Of a DNA stretch of 64,000 bases, positions 25,954-38,540 are shown piece by piece. Position 1 is the first letter of the stretch. Each line of letters opens with the position of its first letter. Both the position numbers and the translations under genes were made by a program. Source of the stretch: Takakia lepidozioides (lineage: Eukaryota; Plantae; Bryophyta). The notes under the pieces were generated by a model. It was not told the origin of the DNA, ran no database searches, and saw only the letters and a list, made by a program, of their open reading frames with translations. The stretch covers positions 51,026,001 to 51,090,000 of the forward strand of contig CM060733.1 of NCBI GenBank assembly GCA_030704615.1. Reading direction: 5' to 3'.

Positions 25954-27401
25954 CAGGAATGCTATTCCGTGAGCCTAGATGTGTGAGCTTGTATTCGTGA
26001 GCATAGGCTCACGAATGGGAAAACCCCATATTCCCGCGGGTTACATATTGAATAGTGGAAGACCTATAACCGTGTAGCCTTACGACAGAAGAACCTCCTA
26101 TTCCCGCGGAAGTTTTTAAATGACATAAGAGGTCTAACTACAACCGTGTACCTTGAGATGATTGCAGACAATTCCTACAAGGGCATAATGTTGCTCAATG
26201 GAGGAAGCCATGACCATCTTAATGAAATGAGTTGGAACATTCTTCATGCGATAGGGCCACAGTATGCGAGATGGAAACGATACTGCCCCGAAAGGATGTT
26301 CTGCTTGTGGAACAGGCACATAGGGTTTAGGATGAACATGTGAAAGAAAATTGGGGTCTGAGACATCAGTGTCTTCATTCGGGTATAAGCATGCGCATAG
26401 GTTTTCATGGCGAATGAATCTCAGACAACAGTTTTTTGGGTTTTTTTTTCTTTTTTTTTTTCCTTTGCAAACTTGGGGACAGTGGCCCTCATATTTTGTA
26501 TCCGCTGGCGCATACTGGACAACAGTGTATTTTGTTTTTTAAAACATTTTTTTAATTTTTTTTAATTTTGTTTTTTAACAAAACAGGGAACAGTGGCCCT
26601 CATATTTCGTATGCGCCGGCGCATATCAGACAACAGTGTTTTTTGTTTTGTTTTTTTAATTTACTTTTTTTTTAATTAATTTGTTTTTGCAAAACAGGGA
26701 GAGTGACCCTCATATTTCGTATGTGGCGGCGCATACCAGACAACAGTTTTTTTTTAATAATTTTTATATAATAATTTGTTGTATTTTTGTTTTTACAAAA
26801 CAGGGTGTAGCCCTCATATTTCGTATGCGTCGGCGCATACCAGACGACAATGTTTTTTTCTTAAAACAACTATTTTCTTTATTTTATTTTATTTTATTTT
26901 TAGTTCTTTTAACAAAACAAATGACAATGGCCCTCATATTTCGTGGTGCATACCAGACAAGAGTTTTTTTTTTTTTAATTTAATTGTTTTTTACACAAAA
27001 CAGGGGACAATGGCCCTTATATTTCGTATGCGCCGGCGGATACCATACCACAGTGTTTTGTTTTTTAAACACATTAATTATTTTTATTTTTAAATTTTAT
27101 TTTTAAATTTTAAATTTTGTTTCTACAAAATAGGGGACAGTGGCCCTCATATTTGGTACTATGCGCGCATACCAGACATCAGTGTTTTTTTTTAATTTAA
27201 TTAATTTAATTTTTGTTTACAAAACAGGGACAGTGACCCTCATATTGTCATTTTTTGGCTTCCTCGGATATAGGGTCGTTATACAGTAATACGCGGAAAT
27301 ACGTCCCCCTTCTTAATGTTTTGACGACCTTTCATAATCATATATAATTTACATTATGGGCTCACGATTTCCAGCTCACCGCTCATGGTTTACCGTCCCT
27401 G
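25954..27401. mobile_element. Non-autonomous TIR DNA transposon with 10-bp TSD in the UKL intron
   Basis: TIRs CAGGAATGCTATTCCGTGAGC / GCTCATGGTTTACCGTCCCTG (15/21). TTGGTTGATG is duplicated at 25944-25953 and 27402-27411. Subterminal GTGAGC/GCTCAC motifs are present. Confidence 0.85.
26468..27248 (+). repeat. Array of 8 ~60-bp palindrome-containing repeats with T-rich variable spacers
   Basis: Consensus AAAACAGGGGACAGTGGCCCTCATATTTCGTATGCGCCGGCGCATACCAGACAACAGTG. Units start at ~26468, 26580, 26691, 26797, 26913, 26997, 27127 and 27221 (partial). Confidence 0.92.
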
Positions 27402-28369
27402 TTGGTTGATGCCATAGTTTGGTAGGGACTGCTTCGTTATTCAAGGAGATATACCACAAACATCTGAATTGTGTTGGTTTGTGAGGCCTACTAACAAGTT
27501 TTGTTTGTGGAGAAAAAAACTATTTTGTTTGTGATTCCTAGCATGAACTTGTTATATTATTTAGAGTTTAATTCTAGTGAAGATGCTTTGAGTAAGAACA
27601 TGGGAGCATAGGTGTCTATTTTAGAAGTGTGACTTGCATGACTGGGCTAATAATTGGGTTTTGTTGATATGACCACGAGATACAAAGCTTCACTGCTAAA
27701 ATATGGTCTCGTCTTCTTTTGGTGGTTGTGTGCAGGCGCTATCTACATTGGGGTGGATTTCTGCAAGCAGCTTTGTGGGGTTTCAATCATACGCAGGTAA
27801 AATGTCCAGAAATGGGGCATGCCACCACATGTAGATGTTTTACTGCTAGATTTGGATTCAAGGCATGTTTTTTGCATTTCAACTACTTATTCTGAACTTT
27901 GGCATTATTAGTGGCTAGTGTGGTCCACTTACATTCAACTTTCTATCATACGTGCCCTCTTAAAGTACTATAAATGTTTTCTCAAGAAGGTGGGAACAGC
28001 TACTGAATAGAGAACATATTTATGTGTGCATGAGCAGGAGATGCCTTGTTTTCACACGACTCTGAACCACTGTGCACCATGGATGTGACCAAAATAGAGT
28101 GACCAAAAGAACTAATCTGTTCTGCAAGCACAATATGGCTTTTATTCCGATAAAATGAACATTCAGATTTTGGACATTTGTGCAGACATGGATGTCTACT
28201 TGTTGAAAACCCTAGCCCTAGAACTGATGGACCTGACTCACTGGGAAGAAGAGCTATGGGTTATTAATATGCTTAGGAGCAGATTAAATTGTTACAACCT
28301 CTTGGGACAACCTCTTTGATTATTTAAATGTTTGTTATGCTTTGTGAAATTCCAAATAGTTTTCTATTT

Positions 28370-28632
28370 GCACTTGAGCAGATTTGTAGCCCAGTGGTTG
28401 GGTTTGCCTTATATGCATGAGTACTTGGTTCTAGTATTTGGCTCTCCTGGTTTAAAATGGGGGCCTAGTGGTTGGGTGTTTGTGCCATGCCTGTGCATAA
28501 CCTAGGTGATCCTGGGTTGATTCCTTCAACATGTGCCTTCAGACCGTCTATTGGGCCCTCGATGGCCTGTGTGTTGAGCAGTAGGCTCTCTAAATTCCCT
28601 GGCCGTTAAAGAAACTTTATTTTATCTTTATC
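28370..28632 (+). mobile_element. tRNA-derived SINE copy with rearranged 5' part and TTATC-type tail
   Basis: Homologous to 20782-20944; ends TTAAAGAAACTTTATTTTATCTTTATC. Confidence 0.85.
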
Positions 28633-29039
28633 TCTTCGAATGGTTATTAATTACACAAACTATTAGAATTGATAGCAATAAAGAATGAAGTCAAGCTCTC
28701 CACTCAGCCATAGAAACCATTCTCATATACTTGATGATCAATTAGTGGCTTCACCCCCGAGCTTACACATAAGGTCTTACATTTGATCTTTATGATCTAT
28801 CTAGTCACATCTAGTTATTTCCACTGCGATGGTGTCCATTCATTTTCTAACGGTGAGTTCAATGGTAGTTTTTTAGTCTTCTAGAAGGTGTGTTTAACTA
28901 CTTCCAATACTCCCACTTAGTTAATTTATATCCAACTAATTCTTCAATTGTCTTTGGAGAAAAGACACCAAGTATAGCTAAACACTTGATGTGTTTTGTA
29001 TGTGATAAAGACTCTTCATCAATACATCCGCAACCATAT

Positions 29040-29790
29040 CTCCTCTTGGCACAATAGATCGCCTTTCTCTCTCATTATAACTTCTCGTATGTAGTGATGT
29101 TGAATTTCAATGTGCTTGGTCCTCGAATGATACTTCAGATTCTGACTTAGTGCAATCGCACGTGGACTCTTAAATATCGAAATACCTCATCACTGCTTTC
29201 CAATGGGTTTGTCCGAGATCTGTCAAAATTTGTGAAACCATCCCCACTCAATGAACAATGTCTGGCCTAGTACAAACCATGCAGTACATTAAAATGCCAA
29301 CCGCGCTTTGATGAAGAGTCTTATTTATATCTTTCTTATCTTCTTTGGTGTTGTGTGCCATGTCCTTCGTGAGTTCCAAACCAACTTCGAGAGGAGTTGA
29401 TGTTTGCTTACTCATCTCCAAATTGAACATTTGTAGAATGGTCCCAATATATTGTTGTTGATGCATAAATATTGTATGGTTCACTCGGTCTCTGCTGATT
29501 TAAAAAACCAAGATAGATTTGAATCTCATTCATATCAGTCATGACAAACTCAACATTTAATGCTTTAGTTTGTGACACAATCCCTGACGATCATGATCAC
29601 AAAATTGTATCATCCACATATAAAGCTATGATCACAAATCTTCTCCCATTTTTTTCACATAGATATTTGTGTCAGCATCGAATCAAGAGATAATCATCAA
29701 TGCTGACATATCAAGCTTGAGGACTTTGTTTTAGTCCATACAAATTATTTTGCACCTTACACACAAGATTATTTCTTCATTATACAAAAT
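29040..29790 (-). mobile_element. Ty1/Copia reverse-transcriptase relic
   Basis: VIIALYVDD near 29610; IFMHQQQYIGTILQMFNL..STPLEVGLEL..QSAVGILMYCMVCTRPDI; frameshifted. Confidence 0.9.
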
Positions 29791-31553
29791 CTTCAACTGC
29801 TACACCAGCAACTTCAAGCAGCAGTTCAACCGATGCTGGTTCTGGAGCTACAACGTCACCTTACAACCATTCACCTTCTAATAGTGGGTTCAACGGTAGT
29901 TTTTTAGTCTTCTAGATCTTTTGTCTTCTACAGAATGATATGTTTAACTACTTCCATTACAAACCTCTATTATAGTCAATCCAATGTTTTGAAATGTCGA
30001 TTAAAAAATCGAACAACCGACCAGACCCTCGTAAAGCAGTCGTTTGATGATTGTGCAGCGGTCGCCGACAAAATTTATTTAAAGAAACAAAGACCAAAAA
30101 AAAAAAAAAAAAAAAAAAAAAAACGATCTCATAGCCATCGTAGCCCCATCGTACCCTAGCTATTGGTCAACGGTCACCCCGTGCGATTGTCCCACTGTCG
30201 TCTGGCCGTCCATCTATCTTCTGGCTATTGGTCGGCCGTTGCGGCTGCCCAACATTTTCTTTTGCATTGAAAAAATAAAAATATGAAGGCCATGCGTGCA
30301 GTACATGTAGGCTGCCACCTTGTCCATGGGAATAAATTGGATCGTTAAAAAAAAAATTAAACAATGTGAAAAAAGTTCCGACATAAACTTTAAAGTCAAT
30401 TCTAGATTTTCCGTGATGCTGATGTGTTGGCGCCATGTCAAATCATAATTGACAACTATGCTTTTTTTGTAATATCATTTGCTGCAGCTTCTGCACTTGT
30501 CTATTCGTGTTTATGATCCAAATTGGCTCCAAACTCTAAAAGCTTTAATCCAACAAGAGATAATAAGCAACTAGACAAGCATGTATGATTACTGCCCAAC
30601 AATAACTTTCCATGATTGTCCAAAGTATGGTCCATAAATCTTCTACTCTAAATCTCTATCATTCTCATAGATGTGGATGTAACTAAAATGGACATTGAGA
30701 ACGGGATTGTGAACATAGACAGTCATTTTTTCAACATAAATTTCACTAAATTTCAGACCCAGATTCCAATGCATTCACTGCTAAGTCTTGAGTAGTTGAG
30801 TACCATAGTATAAGGGAAAAGAATGGGAAAATGGGAAAATTATGGTTTCATTGATATTCCACCCTTCAATAAAAACTCAGATGGGATCCAGCCATTTCCA
30901 CAACAATATAGCACTAATGGAGCTAAGTGCTAGGCAAACGCCTTGGAAAAAAAAATGTGCATTGATTCATGAGGATGAGAACTTAGTGTTTTGATGGACC
31001 CCTGTGGAGGATGATGTTCTGGTGAAGGAATCGAGACAATTAGAGACCCAGCATTTGCTATATAAATCATCTTCCAATTGCTTGCCTAAATGTTTATTTG
31101 TGTTGTCTTTATGTCTTTTTCACCTCTAGTCTAAGTGCACCCTAAAATAACATCTACAAAAAGTCAACTTATTAAGTGTCTCGAAGTCATCGCATTGCCT
31201 CCATAGACCTCTCAATACCAGCTGTGTGAAAACAAATGGATAGCTTGTATGTCATTTTTTGGGGGACCTCTGTGTCACATTTTTCACCCCCTTAACAATT
31301 ACATCAATATGATGCAAAATTGACCATGTTTAGGCTGCGTCAAACGTGGCCTGATGTCGCTGATGCTGATAACTTTGACGAAAAACGGGATGCCTGAAGT
31401 CAAGAGACCAAGTTTTTGGAAGTTCATTTGTGGACCAGTTCACTGAGAATTGCAGCTCGCTAGCTAACCTCACTCCCTGCGCCAGCCTATATGCAGTGTA
31501 CGCCTCAATGTACTGTTGAAATCAATACTCTATGCTATGGGTATGTAATGTAC

Positions 31554-32390
31554 CAATGTTGAGCGGGTATTAATTTATTTTTTATTTTTTATTTATCCTC
31601 AAGGTAAGGGTAACCTGAATTTTGAGAAAAGATTTACTCAGTCAAGGAATTATTATTTTCAAATGGAAACTAAGGGTCAGTTCCCGTTAATGCACATTTG
31701 TAGAACACATTGGGTCAGGGTATAACCGGGTACCCTCAAAATCTAACATGAGGGTAAGGTTATTTAACGGGTCCGGATAATTTGGTATACCAGCCGGATA
31801 AATATAATTAAGTTTGGGTAGGATAAGGGACGTAGCAATTTCCTAGGGATTTCGGATGAATTGGCAACATAACCAATATAAAACAATCAAATGTTAACCA
31901 GAAGACATTAAAGTTGAATATAGCTTTGAGCATAATCAATCAATGTTAAAAAACTAAGTTTCAATTCCAAGAATATACTAGGTATAGTACATGTGCAAGG
32001 CAATGAAGCAGCCTAGAAAACCGCACTAGTACCTCCATAGTGTTATTTAATGGGATTTGTGATCTATCCTTGAGATACAATATCAGTGGGCACAAGAGCA
32101 TAGGTTAGCAAGTCTATTACCTGGATTCCATTACCCGCTAAGAAAAACATTACCAGGCCTAAGGGTCAGGTAAATGCTGGTGAGTGGGCCGTCATCTAGG
32201 TCCAGGTCCAGGGGAAATATAAAATATACTCATCAGCTGTAAGGGTAAACAAAACCTGCAGGTCTGGATATATACGGGTAAACCGTATTTTCTTTTCCCC
32301 TCTAATAATTCCAAATAAAATTTATCGCAGGGCCACTGTCCCCTGTTCTTTATATATATATATATATATATATATACCCGCTCAATACTG
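31554..32390. mobile_element. Non-autonomous hAT-like element (MITE)
   Basis: TIRs CAATGTTGAGCGGGTAT / ATACCCGCTCAATACTG (15/17). Flanks TAATGTAC / GTATGTAC fit a degenerate 8-bp TSD. Many GGGTA/ACCC subterminal motifs; internal (TA)13 at 32351-32376. Confidence 0.8.
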
Positions 32391-33451
32391 GTATGTACAT
32401 GATGGATATGTGTATATTGTATGTGCATGAAGACAACATCCGATGTGTGTGCTTATATTGAGTGGATGACATACCACCGACAATAGGTATCTAGGGAGCT
32501 GATTTGAGAGAAGATTTTCCTTGATCCTGCAATGTTGTCAGTGATGGGGAAACTTTGTAATCAAAAGGTTGTTGGGTACCAAGTCATGTCATTCTCATTA
32601 GTGACCTCACCCTAGCTTGTCCCTGAAGAACACAGATATTTGAAGAAAAACCAGCATACAAGAACAATGAAAGTTTCAAACAACAGCCTGCTCACCACAA
32701 TCAAGTGTGTCAAGTCTACAGCTGTAGTCATGTAACTCTTATATCATAATGACTCTTTCAAGTTGCTCAGTAACAATTTCGGTAGCAGACAAAGAAATGG
32801 TCTAATCGCACAAGGCTATATCATCACACTAGTATCACGCTAGGACGTAGCAACGTTTCTTCATTGCTGCTGTGAAGCATGTCGCTTGATCAGCACCCAG
32901 TCTGCCTGGGAAAGGGTAGTTGGATTTGTACACTGTCATCAATCTACAGCCAGACATCCAGGCAACTTTGGGCACCGTGTACATGCATTTCTGGGTAAGG
33001 CATTGATCTGATTGATCAGTATGCTTCTATATTGAATGCCAGTAAGTAATGCTAGCCTGAAAGATTACTGTACAATTCCGAATTCCTGGAAAGAGTAATA
33101 ATAACCTGTACAAGGTCTCAGGCAAACAAACTGTATAAAGTTTATGAATCCGTGGTGATGAAGTGTTTTTTACCAAGAACAGCTCCGACTCTCCTCCGAC
33201 TTCACGTGGGCAATCACGGAAGTGCTTTGGACAAGATTGGAGAAACAGAAATGGATACTTTGTGACAGCTCAAATATCAAGTACAGACAGCTCCAAATTT
33301 TCCCGCTAAGCAAATAGTAGGAAGACGCGATTGAAGACTCACATTGAACTACATACATGTCATGCATTGAGTTACTATCGCGCGATTACTACGCAATCCC
33401 GCTAAGAATTCTACCCAGGGTCGCCTTAGAAGATCTGTAATGTTCAGGAAC

Positions 33452-33757
33452 CTACTGAAGATCTATTAACACATCAGGCACTTGCTGGCGTTTGGCATTA
33501 TCACCACTGTAGTTCTGCTCTCGAACTCTTGCTGCAGCAGCTTTGGCTTGTTTCTGGATGGCAATATGCCTCTCTTCATCGGACATATCCCTAGATAGAG
33601 CAGGAAGATTGCTTGGAGAGTCCTGGAAGTTGTATGGAGTGCTCTTGCCAGTGTAGAAAATGCCCGCATCGCAAGCTCGAGCTGCTTCCTGAGGCGTTAG
33701 CTCAGGACGGTAACGGATTCCTCTGTACTCAACACGCTTCTCCCCCGACTTTTCCAT
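33452..33757 (-). pseudogene. AP2/ERF-family gene with in-frame deletion inside the AP2 domain (pseudogene or microprotein)
   Basis: MEKSGEKRVEYRGIRYRPEL|TPQEAARACDAGIFYTGKSTPYNF. The YRG element and helix are retained and the EIR..WLGT segment is missing. The frame is open for 101 codons; TATA-like run at 33850-33859. Confidence 0.8.
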
Positions 33758-34978
33758 CTCTCTGGGACTCAAGCTCACCCTGTCTCTCCTTCCACACTCT
33801 CAAAATTCTCAAGTAGTGATTGGCCACATCTACACATGGACATGTGACCATATATATAACTACAGTCTAGAGTCCAACCCTTGACACACATGCAGAAAGA
33901 TAAAGTGGGTTTCGAGGGAGTTTAGATCTTGGAAGAGTTTAAACATGACTGGTAAATTACACACAAAGTCATGTCGACATAATTTCAAATATTTGAATCT
34001 TCAGTACCTATCAATTGCTAGGTTCGACGTATTGCGTGTCTGTAGGCTGTGTCAGCTTCAGTCGGACCGACCTAACCGACAAAGAAATGGTCTCGACCCT
34101 GTTGATACATAGGTCTTCTGCTAATTAATAGCTTCACAAATATCCCACTCTAGTAGCTCTAGAGCTTATTCTAAATGGGTTTGTCGTACACTCGTCTTGC
34201 ACAAGGGGGTTAACCAGTCGTTGAACATCCTCAACCGTGAGGCAAAATACTACAAGGTTTCTTCAGGCAGCGGGCGAGGATTGGAAGCCATGTCAGTACT
34301 TACCTCCAACTAGGTAGTAGGGATTAAAGAAGTTCAAGTACTGTAGTTTCTATTTTTAGCCTAGGATGTCTTTGTTTTTCCAATATAAACAATAACAATA
34401 TGATTCTTTCAATCCTAAACATTTTCAACATCTTCATTGGCAACATCATCATTGTTGTAATTGATCGCAATCAACACATGATTTTTTATGCATTGGGAGG
34501 TTGATGAAGATGTATCATTCTGATCTGATGTGGTATTCGGTGGATGACAGTGTGCATGACCACATTATGTTACTCGTTTGGGCCACATACATACACTTTG
34601 AAGAGGGGATATGAGCTTTTCAGCTCATTGTATGCAGTGTATCACACCGCCTTTCTGCATTTGCTCGTCATTTGTATTCAGTGTGTGCAGTCTGTTAAGG
34701 GTCTAGTGTGCGTATTCATTGCCTCATGTGTTCAATGTTCCCGCCAATATCACATGCAATACAGATGAGGTTTCAAAAGCATGGTGCGGTGATACATGCT
34801 TCCCAGGTGTGACAGGGAGGGATAATGCGAACAAATGTGTATGAACACATGTCCAGGCACACATATTCACATATCCTACATGTATATGTGTATGAACAAA
34901 TGTGTGCGAACAAATGTATATAAACACATATCCAGGCATACAACATCATACATTCCATCCAAACCATCTACATTCAAT

Positions 34979-35575
34979 TGATGCTCTGACTGCAACAAGC
35001 AACAAATTATCTGACACCAACCCCCAAAGCACAAACAATACACCAACATGGACTGTAAGTAGAACTGATCCAATGCTAGCTCGCCTACGACTCGTCACCA
35101 CACTTGACAATTCAACCACTCTAACTCAAACTCAAACCTCTATACAGAATGCGCTACATATCAGAAAACAACTGCTCTGAAACCCACCCATACTTGCCCA
35201 TTAAAGAAGGAATCTAATATCAAGATAAGTCTAAAGCTAAGTATAGTAAATCACAGGTTGGTATTTCAACACCCTCTCTCACTCCCAACTCTCTCTAGCC
35301 TCATGTACAAGAGTTCAAGGCATATCTGGGACTTATGATTGGAGATCTCGGGCTCGAATATAACTAATTTCTATCATGTTTTCTGAGTGTCTCAAATGCT
35401 ATCCAGCCAAGAGGCTTTGTAAAGATATCTGATTGTTGTTCTCGAGTGGGGATGTACTCTAAGTTAATGTCACATTCTTCCAATCTTTCTCGCACGCAGT
35501 GTGTTAGATCTCAATATGTTTTGTTCTAGCAGGCAAGACTGGATTTCTGCCTAACTTGATACTACTCTAATTATC
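34979..35575 (-). mobile_element. Ty1/Copia 3' end: RNase H relic, polypurine tract and putative 3' LTR (34979-35271)
   Basis: DN*SSIKLGRNPV..RTKHIEI..LEYIPTREQQSDIFTKPL. The PPT GGGAGTGAGAGAGGG is followed by TGTTGAAA. The left LTR limit is inferred from a ..CATCA end. Confidence 0.8.
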
Positions 35576-35749
35576 ACACCAAGACAAAGAGGGTTTAGGG
35601 TTGAAGGGTGGGCCCACCACCCTGGGTACAAGGGCCATCAGAAAACACAGACGGAGGGAAGGAGGGAGGGAGGAAGAGAGAGAGATAAAGAAAGAGAAGG
35701 AGGAAAAAAAAAAAAACGTTGGCGTCGCGGCAGCGAGACGGAGTGGGTG

Positions 35750-36591
35750 AGGTGACAGATCTGTTTTGTCCTCAAAGTCATGTTGTCCCCCTTATCACAC
35801 ATTTTGTAGTAGAAGGTCCTCAAAGGCCATGAGACCGCAAGTGGTTCTTTTTTGAACCTCTGGAAGCCTTTTTTTGCGTCTGCTGCACACCTATTGCGTT
35901 CTGCAGGTGTGAGGTTGGCCCATTTTACCCACATATCAATTGATATGGGAGCCATCAAATTGATGTTCGCATGCGGGTGCCACATTATATGGTCGTTATT
36001 TGCAACCTCAAGCTCCACGGCCCTTGGAGGCAACCAAGGGACGAACTGTAGGTTACCAGGTGTTGCTCCAGCAGCCCTTTCTTGTTCCACTTGAGAGAGC
36101 TCAACCTGCTCACAGAAATCCCTAACTGCATCATTTTCTCCTTCAGGCATAATCATATGTCCTAGAATAGGATGATTAGTCACTGATGGAATAAAATCTT
36201 TTTCCATGGCATTGGAAGATTTCTATGTGGAAGCAGGCTGTTCATCATCCAGGTTTGCCATCCTAAGTGCTTCTTCAATTGCAGCACCTTTTTTCTCCCA
36301 GTAAGACAGTTCACTAGCATCCTGTTCCAATATCTTAGCCAATTTGGCATTGTACTCCTTGAGTCTTTCAAGGTACATACCACCTCTGTTTGCACAAATT
36401 CCAAGAGCTACCCAATCCTCCAGGGCTAATGTTTCAAGCAATAAAACAGGGTTGTCATCACCTGAACTGTTCATAGCTGTAGAATCCATTGTTTGCACAG
36501 TGGAATGGAAATCACTTGGAGTGATTTGTAGTAAGGTAGCTTGTACTGCAGGAATCGGAGGAGGTAAAGGGGGCTGGTACCCCATTGTCAT
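35750..36591 (-). pseudogene. Intron-less ORF relic of unknown family
   Basis: ORFs 36223-36591 and 35638-36207 are in the same frame, separated by one TAG. Composition is protein-like; no domain recognised. Confidence 0.45.
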
Positions 36592-38459
36592 GAGGTCCTC
36601 GCTCCATTCAGGGATGTGTTTGGTTACCTTCTGTTATGGCCAGAAAAAAGGTTAGTATGTCATAAGCAGATCTGGTAATAGAATGGAGATTGACTGATAA
36701 TGTGTACAGACACCACTCAGTACACTGGTCTAAGGGAGAGAGGGAAGATAAAATGTCTTGTCGAGACATGGACAAGACCAAACAAGGTCTTTGTATGACA
36801 AATCAGCCTCATAACGAGGCACTGTCAATCACTCTTCATTCATAAACCAGTCTGATGACATATAACAGATCTCACAGTTCATGAAATCTTTGGGAGGGGG
36901 GGTGGGATCATATAAACATCCGTTTCAGACAAACAGGGACCCAATCAAGGGTATGCTTTATACGGAATATTAGAAACATTTCATAGCAGGAAAATTATGT
37001 ATAATTTGCTAAGTTTACCACCCATGTTCCCATTAATAAACTGGAGAAGAAGTTCCAGTTTTCATATAGCCATAATGGTCAGATTAGAGCAGTAAACAGC
37101 TTCTAAACTATTTACACATGAAGGGAATGCCCACACATCTTGTTTTTTTGTCCCAGACCTAGTTTCAATCTGGGGCCAGTGTATAAATGGATTCAAAAGG
37201 TTTTGAGCAGTAAGTGATTACTGATAGTCACAGACTATAAAGAAATCCAGAAAAACATGTCATGGTATATGCCTTAGTAGTAAAGCCAGTCTATCCCAGA
37301 GCCCGTTTTAGGTCTTGGGGCAATCTGTATCTACTCCAACAAGGTACTTGCAAGGTCACAAACAAGTAGAGAAGGACATGAACCCATATGGTCTGCATCA
37401 AGCAGCATACATGGCCTTAAAACAAAGGATTGTGGTTCCCTATGTCTTCTTACTTAGCTGCTTGATATTATTCAAGCCACAACATCATACCAGTCCCATA
37501 GACCGAAATAAAAAGCTCATGCTGTGTTGTAAGACAGCAAATCCAGCATCATCACGTAGTGTAGCAGAAATCAAAGGCAATAGTCTTTAATAGAAAGTAT
37601 GTGTTCTAATAAAGCTCATCTAATGTATTAATGCTCAACAAGAAGAGTTGGAAGCATAGCCAGAAAGATCAAGAAATGGGGGCAGATTCGAATCAGCTCC
37701 CTGAAGAAACAGCTTGAGTCGACTTCACTTCAGCTTGCTAGTTTTCAATCAATTGCAAGCTTCATGAATCATATTAAGTGAGGGCCCTCACCTGGTCCCA
37801 TCACATGCAGTCAAAAAACAATGAAGTTAGTGAAGATGTGGAACCCCAGGTGAATATCAGGCCTCACGCTTGTTATCGCTGTACAACATGCGTTCAGAAA
37901 GCAAGAAGAGATCAAAAGCAAAGCAAAGATATTCCACAACCTTAAGTGTTTGTGGAAGAGGATTCGACATAGCTCCAAGAACTCGATAATCGACAGCCCA
38001 AACAAACAATGGTTTGCTGAAATCTACGAGCATTTTATCAGATGAAGGGACTTCCTGATGGTTTAAGAGCGGCGCTGGATCTTAATGACCATTGAACGGA
38101 ACGGCAAGCAGTCACAACTTAAAGTAAGTTGCCCGCCAAGGGAAGAGACAACCTCATTGAGGGAATTGAAGCTCAGCCGCCTTTGTATACCCCAAGGGGA
38201 TTTGAAAAGTACTGGAATCTTGCCAGAGCACTTGCAGGTTGTCATAAAGCTTCTCCATAGCCATCAAATTCACAAGATTTGTGCTTAAATGATCCCTCTG
38301 ACACCATCTCTCAGATCCATCAGAATCAAAACGCACGAGTATCGTGCAGAGTTTAAGGGCGGAGGAAGAGATAGGGCAAACCTTCGCGATTTCATCCAGA
38401 ATAGATGAAAAATAGATAATGTAAAGTATTTCCCTAATTCCATCATGATGTCATCCAGT

Positions 38460-38540
38460 GAGCCTGGTGATCCACATAGAACATAAACTTCTTGCCCAAC
38501 AGGTAATGCCTGAATTTCTTCACTGCATAGATCATTGCGT
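38460..38540 (-). mobile_element. Ty3/Gypsy RNase H fragment
   Basis: Translates AMIYAVKKFRHYLLGKKFMFYVDHQA. Confidence 0.85.

Larger units (their letters stand above)
25353..27796 (+). pseudogene. UKL: Uridine kinase-like/UPRT (UKL) gene fragment, 4 exons
   Basis: Exons: 25353-25478 (GDNRVAIDMILQHIRTKLGQHDLHKIYPNVHIIQSTFQ), 25619-25705 (IRGMHILIRDQETTKHDFVFYADRLI), 25880-25940 (VVEHGLGHLLFTEKQVITPTG), 27736-27796 (AIYIGVDFCKQLCGVSIIR). The acceptor before 25619 reads AA, not AG. No flanking exons were found. Confidence 0.9.

Noticed and set aside
26468-27248. CRISPR array
   Set aside because: Intron-rich plant DNA with no cas genes; the repeats are ~60 bp and degenerate, spacers are low-complexity and of uneven length, and the array is bounded by TIRs and a TSD.
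28855-29960. ~55-bp direct repeats around the Copia RT relic as LTRs
   Set aside because: Too short, no TG..CA, PBS or PPT; more likely a local duplication.
30990-31070. Myb-like WTPVEDDVLV peptide
   Set aside because: Short, preceded by a stop, and no further Myb helices; could be chance or an unrecognisable TE scrap.
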